Positions 1-9,343 of a stretch of 17,847 bases of DNA are shown in pieces. The notes below the pieces were generated by a model. It was not told the origin of the DNA. It made no database searches and saw nothing but the letters and a program-made list of their open reading frames with translations. The stretch covers positions 1-17,847 of the forward strand of contig JBECKX010000048.1 in NCBI GenBank assembly GCA_040235515.1, in the 5' to 3' direction. The stretch's first letter is position 1. Each line of letters begins with the position of its first letter. The position numbers and the translations under genes are program-made. Source of the stretch: Candidatus Zixiibacteriota bacterium (lineage in GTDB: Bacteria > Zixibacteria > MSB-5A5 > CAIYYT01).

Positions 1-627
1 GCCGTGATTAATGGCCTGGTGGACCTCTACCAGGCGACCTTCGAAATCCGTTGGCTTAAATTGGCGGATAAACTGGCCGCCAGGATGATTGCCGAGTTTG
101 CAGACCCGGACGGCGGGTTTTACCTGACGCGAGCCGATCAACCCGATCTGCTGATCCGACAGAAGGACTCTTATGATGGCGCAACGCCATCCGGCAATTC
201 AATGGCCGCGCACGCCCTGGTTCGTCTCGGAGTGCTGCTGGGGAATTCCGATTATTCCGGTTATGCCGAGAAGGTGTTCCTGGCGCTGGCGCCCGATGTC
301 GAAAAGATGCCCTCGATGTACATGAATCTTATGAACGCCTACCATTTCCTGCGTTTCCGCCCCCGCGAGATTGCGATCGTCGGCGATCCGATTTCGCCGG
401 ATACCGAGAAGCTGCTCTCCACGCTGAATTCCGATTTCATTCCCAACTACCTGGTCTGCTTGCTCAATCCGAACTCCCTCGCGGCGGATGAGGCGATGGA
501 ACTGATTCCGCTCCTGCGAGATCGAAACCAGCTCGGCGGAAAGCCAACAGCCTTCGTCTGCGAGAATTACGCCTGCAAACTGCCTGTTACGACTGCCGAT
601 GAATTGGCAGCGCAGCTAAGCGAATAA
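1..627 (+). CDS. Thioredoxin-domain / six-hairpin glycosidase-like protein (YyaL/SPATA20 family), C-terminal part, 5'-truncated by window
   Basis: Frame is open from base 1. Family-typical motifs 'GLVDLYQAT', 'DGATPSGNS' and C-terminal 'AFVCENYACKLPVT'. Confidence 0.85.
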   Translation, partial: AVINGLVDLYQATFEIRWLKLADKLAARMIAEFADPDGGFYLTRADQPDLLIRQKDSYDGATPSGNSMAAHALVRLGVLLGNSDYSGYAEKVFLALAPDVEKMPSMYMNLMNAYHFLRFRPREIAIVGDPISPDTEKLLSTLNSDFIPNYLVCLLNPNSLAADEAMELIPLLRDRNQLGGKPTAFVCENYACKLPVTTADELAAQLSE

Positions 628-686
628 CCCGGAAAACAGGGTGTATGTCATTCAGATGTGGATTTCCCGGTATTAGCCCAGCTCAA

Positions 687-715
687 CTGAGCCGACCCGA
701 TCTCTGAGCCGACCC
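687..715. repeat. Direct repeat CTGAGCCGACCC x2 (17-bp period)
   Basis: Exact 12-mers at 687-698 and 704-715. Confidence 0.8.
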
Positions 716-763
716 TCACCAGTTGTTCCCCCAATCGCATCCTATCCTCCTCTTAATAATCGC

Positions 764-791
764 TTGACACTCCGGCAAGCAGAGATATATT
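764..791 (+). promoter_or_regulatory. Sigma70-type promoter of atp operon
   Basis: TTGACA (764-769), 16 nt, TATATT (786-791). SD GGGAGG at 808-813 precedes TTG 818. Confidence 0.75.
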
Positions 792-817
792 AGCCGACTA
801 AACTTGCGGGAGGCCGT

Positions 818-1054
818 TTGCCTGTGGTCGAGAAAAACGACGACAAATCGGATTGGATGCGGCAAATGGGCATGCTGGCGGTAATCCCAATAATAATGGT
901 GGTTTCGCCGCTCGTGGGTTACTTTCTGGGGTCCTGGTTGGATAAGCGGTTTGGAACTGAACCCTGGTTAATGACGATATTAATTTTTCTCGGATTTATC
1001 GCAGCGGGCAAAGAGATTTATAATATACTTCGTAGAGTAAATAAGGACACTTAA
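818..1054 (+). CDS. atpZ: AtpZ/AtpI-family (ATPase gene 1) small membrane protein
   Basis: 78 aa, two TM segments, 'GYFLGSWLDKRFGTEPW' motif, first gene of atp operon. Confidence 0.85.
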   Translation: MPVVEKNDDKSDWMRQMGMLAVIPIIMVVSPLVGYFLGSWLDKRFGTEPWLMTILIFLGFIAAGKEIYNILRRVNKDT

Positions 1055-1077
1055 GATTGTAACTTTTTTCACAAGCT

Positions 1078-1491
1078 ATGGGTCTTGAATTCATCACACG
1101 CATAATTCGAACTACCGCGATGGTCGCATTATTAGCGGCTTTGGCGGTATCTGTCTATTATGACTGGAATTTTGCGCTCGGAATGTTGGTGGGAACTCTC
1201 TGGGGACTGACCAACCTCTTCTTGATGAAACTGCTGATCAGGGAGGTCATTTCTCCCCGGAAAACCCGTATGAACCAGGCCGTAGTGCTGATGCTGGTGA
1301 AATTCCCGTTGCTCTATGTCGGCGGTTATCTGATTCTGGCCTGGGGGTTCTTCTCAGCCTATTCGTTGCTGGCAGGATTCTCGCTCATGTTTGCAGTTAC
1401 TCTCTTAAAGGTCCTGGGCAGAGTGGTGATGGGCATGGATGTGCCCGGCTTAACGCAATTGACGCGTAACCAGGCGGAGGGAACCAATTGA
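1078..1491 (+). CDS. atpI: ATP synthase protein I (AtpI/UncI)
   Basis: 137 aa, about 4 TM helices, directly upstream of atpB with TTGA stop/start overlap. Confidence 0.75.
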   Translation: MGLEFITRIIRTTAMVALLAALAVSVYYDWNFALGMLVGTLWGLTNLFLMKLLIREVISPRKTRMNQAVVLMLVKFPLLYVGGYLILAWGFFSAYSLLAGFSLMFAVTLLKVLGRVVMGMDVPGLTQLTRNQAEGTN

Positions 1492-2426
1492 TTCTCGATA
1501 AGCTGCTGATCCCATTTGTTTCACAGACTGACGCGCATGGTAGCGAAGCCGCTCACTCCGTTGCGGACACTCTGGCAGATACCCTGAGCCACGTCGGCCA
1601 CGTTGCCGGCCAGGCGGCGGGTCATGTCGCCGAGCATGCCGCAGAACATGGTGGAGAGCACGGCGGTTCGCACGAACTTCCGAACATCATTACAGTCCTG
1701 TATAAAGCGTTCGGCGAGACGTTTTCGTCGTTGCACCACTGGGAGAACATCATCTTCGCGTTCATCGCACTGATCTTCCTTTGCGTTGTGGCGATGGTGG
1801 TCTACCGCAAGCGCGAAATGATTCCCGGTCCGCTGCAGAACTTCGTCGAGCTGATCGTGGAAGGGCTCTACAATTTCTTCCACAGTATGCTCGGGGATCA
1901 TGCCAAGAAGTACACACCGTTCCTCGGAACGCTGTTTCTCTATATTCTGGTGATGAACTGGATGGGTATCATACCCTTCCTCAAGGCTCCGACCTCCGCC
2001 GCGGTGATTCCATTCTCGCTGGCGATCGTTGTGTTCATTTATTCACAAAGTGTCGGGTTTAAGCATCTCGGTGTGATCGGCTGGCTGAACCATCTGGCGG
2101 GTGAGCCGAAAGGGGTCATCGGCTGGGCACTGGTGCCGTTGATGATTCCGATCCACCTGATCGGCGAGATCGCCAAGCCGGTTTCACTGGCATTCCGTCT
2201 CTTTGGAAACATCACCGGTGAGGATATTCTCGTCGCTGCTTTCGCGATGCTCGGAATCCTGGCGCTTTCGTTCGCCGGACCTTCACCGGTTGGACTCCCG
2301 CTGCAATTGCCGTTCTACTTCCTCGGCCTGTTGATGTCGACGATCCAGGCGCTCGTGTTTGCGTCGCTGGCGGCAATCTATATCGCTTTGATGCTTCCCC
2401 ACGAACACGAGGGTGAGGGACACTAG
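1488..2426 (+). CDS. atpB: F0 subunit a with His-rich N-terminal extension
   Basis: 'PGPLQNFVE', 'KPVSLAFRLFGNI' (essential Arg), 'IQALVF'. SD GGAGG 1476-1480 and TTG start. Confidence 0.97.
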   Translation: MILDKLLIPFVSQTDAHGSEAAHSVADTLADTLSHVGHVAGQAAGHVAEHAAEHGGEHGGSHELPNIITVLYKAFGETFSSLHHWENIIFAFIALIFLCVVAMVVYRKREMIPGPLQNFVELIVEGLYNFFHSMLGDHAKKYTPFLGTLFLYILVMNWMGIIPFLKAPTSAAVIPFSLAIVVFIYSQSVGFKHLGVIGWLNHLAGEPKGVIGWALVPLMIPIHLIGEIAKPVSLAFRLFGNITGEDILVAAFAMLGILALSFAGPSPVGLPLQLPFYFLGLLMSTIQALVFASLAAIYIALMLPHEHEGEGH

Positions 2427-2496
2427 TCGAGAGAACTGATGAATATGAATAGAATTAACTTAATCATAATTACTAACAGGTAGTCAGGAGGAAATC

Positions 2497-2730
2497 ATGG
2501 ATTTCACATTTGCCCTAGCACTATCTCTTCCGATCGCAATCGGTCTTGCAGCTATCGGTTCCGGTTTTGGTCTCGGTCGCGCTGTCGGTCAGGCGATGGA
2601 AGCGATGGGTCGTCAGCCGGAAGCTGCTGGCAAGATTCAGACCGCTATGATCATCGGCGCCGCGTTCATCGAGGCTCTGACGATCTACGCCTTCGTGGCA
2701 TTCTTCCTTCTTCAGGGAAAAATCCAGTAG
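2497..2730 (+). CDS. atpE: F0 subunit c (H+-type)
   Basis: GxGxGxG helix, RQPE loop, 'FIEALTIY' carboxylate. SD AGGAGG 2486-2491. Confidence 0.98.
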   Translation: MDFTFALALSLPIAIGLAAIGSGFGLGRAVGQAMEAMGRQPEAAGKIQTAMIIGAAFIEALTIYAFVAFFLLQGKIQ

Positions 2731-2771
2731 GCAGCGCGAGCGAATCGAAGAATAGGATTCGGTAAAATCTG

Positions 2772-2811
2772 CGGCGGGCGGCTTTCCAGCACGCTGAATC
2801 TCCGCCCGCCG
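2772..2811 (+). promoter_or_regulatory. GC-rich stem-loop between atpE and atpF
   Basis: Perfect 10-bp inverted repeat CGGCGGGCGG (2772-2781) / CCGCCCGCCG (2802-2811), no U-tract. Confidence 0.7.
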
Positions 2812-2845
2812 ATACGACGAACCTGTTGGTGAGGAAAACAGTACC

Positions 2846-3355
2846 TTGCTTGAGCAAATACTAGATCAACTGAAGATCGAGATCCCGCAGCTGATTACCC
2901 ACATCATCGGCTTTCTTGTCGCGCTCTGGATTCTCAAGAAGTACGCCTGGAAGCCGTTGCTGGCTCTCCTTGAAGAGCGCCGCGAAAAGATCAAAAGCCG
3001 CTTCGATGAGATCGACGCGAAAATCGCCGATGCCGATCAGCTTAGGTCCCAGTACGAAACCAAGCTGAAAGAGATCGATGATGAGGCGCGCCGGAAGATC
3101 AACGAAGCGATAGCCGAGGGTGAGAAGATCGCCGGTAAGATCAAGGAAGATGCCCGTGCCGAGGCACGCGGAATCATGGAGCGCCAGAAGGCGGAGCTTG
3201 ATCAGGATTACGCCAAAGCGCGCATTCAGTTGAAGGAAGAAGTCATTGCGATGACAATGACTGCAACAGAGAGAATTATCAAGGAACGCCTCGATGAAGC
3301 CAAGCACCGCGATTTGATCGGTCGCTTCATCGATGAGGTAGAACAAGCCAGATAA
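2846..3355 (+). CDS. atpF: F0 subunit b
   Basis: Single N-terminal TM, 'LKKYAWKPLLALLEERREKI', long coiled coil. TTG start. Confidence 0.95.
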   Translation: MLEQILDQLKIEIPQLITHIIGFLVALWILKKYAWKPLLALLEERREKIKSRFDEIDAKIADADQLRSQYETKLKEIDDEARRKINEAIAEGEKIAGKIKEDARAEARGIMERQKAELDQDYAKARIQLKEEVIAMTMTATERIIKERLDEAKHRDLIGRFIDEVEQAR

Positions 3356-3365
3356 TCTGGCTCAA

Positions 3366-3430
3366 TGAGCTGTGGCGAATGAATGGGTGCCCCACCGCTT
3401 GCGGTGGGAGACCTGATCAGGATCGGCTCA
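3366..3430 (+). promoter_or_regulatory. Structured atpF-atpH intergenic element
   Basis: Hairpin CCCACCGC-TT-GCGGTGGG (3391-3408), enclosed by TGAGCTG (3366-3372) / CGGCTCA (3424-3430). Confidence 0.6.
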
Positions 3431-3445
3431 GGAGAATATGATACC

Positions 3446-3994
3446 TTGGAAGCAACACAAGTAGCACATCGTTACGCCAGCGGTCTGTTTGAGCTGACTC
3501 AGGAGAAGAACGTCTCCGAGTCTGTACACGAGGACCTTTCAACGATCGCCGCTCTCCTCAAAGAGGATCGAACGCTGCTGAACTTTCTGGCCGCGCCGCA
3601 GCTGCTGGAGTCGGACAAAGTTGCCGTCGTCGAGAAGGTATTCAAGGATAAGGTGCAGACCTACCTCTATTCCTTCCTGCAACTCCTGGTACAGAAACAC
3701 CGCACCGACTTTCTGGTCGAAATCGCCCAGGAATATGAAAAGCTATACAATCAGAGCCGTGGCCTGATCGCCACGCGCCTGATTACCGCCGTGCCCCTGA
3801 CCGACAGCGAGCGGGCACAGATTTCCGCGAAACTGAACAGCCTTACCAAGATGACGGTAACCCTCGAACCCGAGGTTGACCCCGCCATTATCGGTGGCGC
3901 GATCGCGATTGTTGGAGATAAGATCATCGACCGGTCCGTCAGACACGACCTGCGCCAATTGCGCGAACAACTGATGGATATCAAGGTCAATTGA
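3446..3994 (+). CDS. atpH: F1 subunit delta (start re-called to TTG 3446; ORF track gives 3383)
   Basis: 'VAHRYASGLF' and 'VDPAIIGG...IIDRSV'. SD AGGAG 3430-3434. The 3383 extension runs through the hairpin and is not delta-like. Confidence 0.93.
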   Translation: MEATQVAHRYASGLFELTQEKNVSESVHEDLSTIAALLKEDRTLLNFLAAPQLLESDKVAVVEKVFKDKVQTYLYSFLQLLVQKHRTDFLVEIAQEYEKLYNQSRGLIATRLITAVPLTDSERAQISAKLNSLTKMTVTLEPEVDPAIIGGAIAIVGDKIIDRSVRHDLRQLREQLMDIKVN

Positions 3995-4046
3995 TCACTC
4001 CTGAATGAGAAGAATATTGTTTTGGATAGATGGGAGAAGTTGATCG

Positions 4047-5576
4047 ATGGCTCTGAAACCTGAAGAAGTCAGCTCCATAATCAAGCAGCAGATTGCCGGC
4101 TACGAGACCAAGCTCGAGATGGAGTCGGTAGGAACCGTGCTGCAGGTGGGCGACGGTATCGCCCGCGTCTGGGGTTTGCAGGACGCCATGATGGCGGAGC
4201 TGGTACAGTTCCCCAATGATGTTACAGGCGTAATCCTGAACCTCGAAGAAGATAACGTCGGTGTCGCCATCATGGGCGACGACCGCAAGATCGAAGAGGG
4301 TGACGAGGTTCGCCGTACGGGCCGAATCGCTTCGGTACCGGTCGGTGAGGCCATGATCGGGCGCGTCGTCAATCCGCTCGGCGAGCCGGTTGACGGTAAA
4401 GGACCGATCGCTTCAACCGGATTTCGTGATATCGAGTCACCGGCGCCGAACGTGGTTCAGCGTCAACCCGTGAGCCAGCCGCTCATGACCGGGCTGAAAG
4501 CTATCGACTCAATGATCCCGATCGGTCGCGGTCAGCGCGAGCTGATCATTGGTGACCGTCAGACCGGTAAGACCGCTATCGCCATCGATACGATCATCAA
4601 TCAGAAAGACACGGATGTTATCTGTATTTACGTTGCCGTAGGTCAGAAGCAGTCCACCGTGGCGCAGGTCGTGGCGACGCTCGAGCAGTATGGCGCGATG
4701 GAGTATACTATCGTCGTAACTGCTCCCGCGAACTCACCGGCGCCCCTGCAGTACTTCGCACCCTACGCCGGTGTGACGATGGGTGAGGAGTTCATGTACA
4801 AGGGCAAGCATGTCCTGTGCGTGTACGATGACCTCTCCAAGCACGCCGCTGCCTATCGCCAGTTGTCGCTGCTGCTTCGTCGCCCTCCGGGCCGTGAAGC
4901 TTACCCCGGTGACGTCTTCTATCTCCACTCACGCTTGCTGGAGAGAGCCGCGAAACTCTCCGATGACCTTGGCGGCGGTTCACTCACCGCGCTCCCGATC
5001 ATCGAGACACAGGCGGGTGACGTATCAGCCTATATCCCGACTAACGTGATTTCGATCACCGACGGTCAGATCTTCCTTGAAGGTGACCTCTTCTTCGCCG
5101 GTACCCGGCCCGCCATTAACGTGGGTATCTCGGTATCGCGTGTGGGAGGTAACGCTCAGACGAAGGCCATGAAGAAAGTTGCGGGCCGCCTGCGACTCGA
5201 CCTCGCGCAGTATCGTTCGCTGCAGGCATTCGCGCAGTTCGGCTCTGACCTCGACAAAGAAACTCAGCGCCAGCTCACGCGTGGTTCGCGTACCGCGGAA
5301 GTGCTCAAGCAGGGCCAGTATCAACCGATGCCGCTGGAGCGCCAGGTCGCGATTATCTGGGCTGCGGTCAACGGCTATCTCGATTCGCTGCCGCTGGAAT
5401 CGATCAAGGATTTCGAGGTCGGTTTCTATCCATTCATCGAGAAACAATTCCCGGACATCTTCCACAAGATCCGTACTTCCAAGCTTCTCGAGGATGACAC
5501 CGCAGCGACACTTAAGAAGGCAGTAGAGCAATACAAGGCGGAGTTTGAGAAGAAACATTCAGGAGCTGCCGCGTAG
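4047..5576 (+). CDS. atpA: F1 subunit alpha
   Basis: Walker A GDRQTGKT, '[24 protein letters not shown]'. Confidence 0.99.
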   Translation: MALKPEEVSSIIKQQIAGYETKLEMESVGTVLQVGDGIARVWGLQDAMMAELVQFPNDVTGVILNLEEDNVGVAIMGDDRKIEEGDEVRRTGRIASVPVGEAMIGRVVNPLGEPVDGKGPIASTGFRDIESPAPNVVQRQPVSQPLMTGLKAIDSMIPIGRGQRELIIGDRQTGKTAIAIDTIINQKDTDVICIYVAVGQKQSTVAQVVATLEQYGAMEYTIVVTAPANSPAPLQYFAPYAGVTMGEEFMYKGKHVLCVYDDLSKHAAAYRQLSLLLRRPPGREAYPGDVFYLHSRLLERAAKLSDDLGGGSLTALPIIETQAGDVSAYIPTNVISITDGQIFLEGDLFFAGTRPAINVGISVSRVGGNAQTKAMKKVAGRLRLDLAQYRSLQAFAQFGSDLDKETQRQLTRGSRTAEVLKQGQYQPMPLERQVAIIWAAVNGYLDSLPLESIKDFEVGFYPFIEKQFPDIFHKIRTSKLLEDDTAATLKKAVEQYKAEFEKKHSGAAA

Positions 5577-5593
5577 CCGGGTTGATGAATTAG

Positions 5594-6460
5594 ATGGCAA
5601 CACTTCGAGACATTAAGAAGCGCATTCGCGCGGTCAAGAGCACCAAACAGATCACCAAGGCGATGGAGATGGTTGCTGCGGCACGGTTACGCCGGGCCGA
5701 GCAGGAAGCTGTGCAATCACGCCCTTATGCCGACAAGATGCGCTTGATCCTGAAACAGATTTCCGCCGCCGCCGCAACTCTGGACCATCCCTTCTTCGAG
5801 CAGCGTGAAGTCAAACATCAGACGGTCGTACTCTTTACCGGCGACCGCGGCTTGTGTGGATCCTATAATTCCAATTTGATCCGTAGAACGACACAGATAT
5901 TGAAAGCCGAAACCGAAGTGCCGATCGACCTGGTTCTGGTCGGTAAGAAGGGTGAGGATTTCTTCAAGCGCCGCAGTTGGCCGATCGCTCGAGTGTTCAA
6001 GGGTCTGCAGGGGAAGATGGATATCGACCTCGTGCGTGGCATGACCGACTACGTCATCGACCGCTTCATTTCCGGTGAGACCGACAAAGTGCAATTGATC
6101 TACGCCAAGTTCATCACCAAGTCTACGCATCGTATCACCGTAGCGGATTTTCTGCCGGTTTCACCGCCGGAAACCACGGAGGATACCAAGACTTCGAACA
6201 AGCAATATATCTTCGAGCCGGATCCGGCGCAGATTTTCGATTCACTGATGCCGGCTTATGCGCGAACGATGATGCAATCGGCAACTGCGGACGCGCTGGC
6301 TTCGGAGCACGCGGCCCGCATGATGGCGATGGGCCAGGCGACCAAGAACGCCGACGAGATGGTTGACTCATTGACCCTCCAGTACAACAAGGCGCGTCAG
6401 TCGGTGATCACCAAGGAACTTCTTGAAATCGTCTCCGGTGCGGAAGCACTTAACGGATAA
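5594..6460 (+). CDS. atpG: F1 subunit gamma
   Basis: 'QITKAMEMVAAA', 'DRGLCG', 'YNKARQSVITKELLEIVSGAEAL'. Confidence 0.99.
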   Translation: MATLRDIKKRIRAVKSTKQITKAMEMVAAARLRRAEQEAVQSRPYADKMRLILKQISAAAATLDHPFFEQREVKHQTVVLFTGDRGLCGSYNSNLIRRTTQILKAETEVPIDLVLVGKKGEDFFKRRSWPIARVFKGLQGKMDIDLVRGMTDYVIDRFISGETDKVQLIYAKFITKSTHRITVADFLPVSPPETTEDTKTSNKQYIFEPDPAQIFDSLMPAYARTMMQSATADALASEHAARMMAMGQATKNADEMVDSLTLQYNKARQSVITKELLEIVSGAEALNG

Positions 6461-6494
6461 GTAGTTTGAGCAGAATACCAGATTCGAATAATAG

Positions 6495-7934
<1,440 letters not shown>

Positions 7935-7939
7935 GGGTT

Positions 7940-8356
7940 TTGGCAGCGCCGTTCCAACTTGCCGTGGTCTCGCCTGAACGTATCCTGTTCGAGGAAGAGA
8001 TAACTTCACTCGTTGTCCCGGGTGGTGAGGGCTACCTCGGTATCCTGGCCCACCATGCGCCGATCATCACTACCCTGAAGGTAGGGGAGATCAAATTCCG
8101 TACGCCGGACAACAAGGAAGTCTTTATGGCGACCAGCGGTGGCTTTATGGAGGTTTCCGACAACAAGGCGACTATCCTGGTTGATACCGCTGAATTCCTC
8201 GATGAGATCGACCTTGGTCGTGCGCAGGATGAGCTAAAGCGTGCAGAGAATCTCCTCAATCTCGACCTGAGCAGCAGTGACAGGGAACTGGCGATGCACT
8301 CCCGCGAGAAGGCTAAGAACCGACTGGCCATCATCAAAAAGCATGGACAGAACTAG
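7940..8356 (+). CDS. atpC: F1 subunit epsilon
   Basis: 'VVSPER', 'GYLGILAHHAP', 'GGFMEV', 'IDLGRA'. TTG start. Confidence 0.96.
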   Translation: MAAPFQLAVVSPERILFEEEITSLVVPGGEGYLGILAHHAPIITTLKVGEIKFRTPDNKEVFMATSGGFMEVSDNKATILVDTAEFLDEIDLGRAQDELKRAENLLNLDLSSSDRELAMHSREKAKNRLAIIKKHGQN

Positions 8357-8456
8357 AGGATTGGTCGAGGCAAGCAGAGAAAGAATTGAAGCATCTGGAT
8401 AGGAACCTCCCCCTCTTATCCAATTTCCGGTCACAACGGACGTGACTGCATTTAAT

Positions 8457-8494
8457 ACGGCGCTGAAGGCAACTGACTTTCGGCGCCGTTTCTT
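8457..8494 (+). terminator. Probable intrinsic terminator of atp operon
   Basis: 13-bp stem ACGGCGCTGAAGG / CTTTCGGCGCCGT (2 G-U pairs), 7-nt loop, followed by TTCTT. Confidence 0.7.
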
Positions 8495-8579
8495 AATCCC
8501 TTATCGCTGTAACCGTAGCACCGACTACCGGGGCTGTTTCACTGTCCGGTTCGGCGTACCCCCGGCCATCTGACTTGAG

Positions 8580-8607
8580 TTGACTTGGTTTTTCCAATTG
8601 CTATATT
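8580..8607 (+). promoter_or_regulatory. Sigma70-type promoter of ppi-dxr-rseP
   Basis: TTGACT (8580-8585), 16 nt, TATATT (8602-8607), with extended -10 TG at 8599-8600. Confidence 0.7.
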
Positions 8608-8671
8608 CGACTGCGTAAATAGATATTCGACACCGGGGCTGCAACTCGGAATCCAAGGAGCAACTGAAGCA

Positions 8672-9319
8672 ATGACAAAATTATTCGCACTTGTATCAAT
8701 TTTCGTTCTGGGAGTGTTCTTAATGACCGGCTGTGCTGAAGATAAATCGAAAAACCCGATCGTTGTGCTGGAAACCACAGAGGGAACCATTGAACTGGAG
8801 TTGTTTCCTGAAGTTGCACCGAAACATGTCGAGAACTTTGTCATGCTGGCCAACGACGGTTTCTACGATTCAGTCATCTTCCACCGCGTGATCGACGGAT
8901 TCATGATCCAGTCAGGCGACCCGACTGGAACTGGCCGCGGAAATTCCGGCAGAATGCTGCAGGCGGAGTTTAACGATTCGACCCACAGAGCCGGAACTCT
9001 CGCGATGGCGCGTTCCCCACAAGGCCCGAACACCGCCTCTAGTCAGTTCTACATCTGCCTTGAGCCGCGACCGGAGCTCGATCACCAATACACGGTGTTC
9101 GGCAAGACCATTGCCGGCATGGACGTGGTTCGCAAAATCGGCAAGACTCCGACCTCAGGCAATATCCAGCGCGTCAGGCTGGACTCCGCCTGGGTAGCAC
9201 AGTTGATGAAGATGAAGGATGAAGAGGGGGCTGACATCGCAACCTACCCGGATGGGACAATCATGCCAGACCGACCGTTGCATCCCATTCGCATAATCAA
9301 GGCTTACGAGAAGAAATAA
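8672..9319 (+). CDS. Cyclophilin-type peptidyl-prolyl cis-trans isomerase, lipoprotein (start re-called to ATG 8672)
   Basis: 'FHRVIDGFMIQSGDP', 'LAMAR', 'SQFYI', 'YTVFG'. Signal peptide with lipobox-like 'MTG-C'. SD AAGGAG 8655-8660. Confidence 0.93.
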   Translation: MTKLFALVSIFVLGVFLMTGCAEDKSKNPIVVLETTEGTIELELFPEVAPKHVENFVMLANDGFYDSVIFHRVIDGFMIQSGDPTGTGRGNSGRMLQAEFNDSTHRAGTLAMARSPQGPNTASSQFYICLEPRPELDHQYTVFGKTIAGMDVVRKIGKTPTSGNIQRVRLDSAWVAQLMKMKDEEGADIATYPDGTIMPDRPLHPIRIIKAYEKK

Positions 9320-9343
9320 TCCCCTCGTAAGCGCTGAAGATCT

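Noticed and set aside
628..675. Imperfect inverted repeat after yyaL as a terminator
   Set aside because: Mismatched stem, long loop and no U-tract.
687..715. Possible mini-CRISPR
   Set aside because: Two 12-bp units with a 5-nt gap and no cas genes.
3383..3445. N-terminal extensions of AtpH (3383), AtpD (6498), cyclophilin (8585) and TroC (13960) given by the ORF track
   Set aside because: Downstream starts have SD sequences and match family N-termini. The extensions cross hairpins, promoters or upstream genes.
8528..8568. tRNA-like fragment (GGTTCG ... CCCCGGCCA)
   Set aside because: Only about 41 nt, with no proper T-stem, D arm or anticodon arm.
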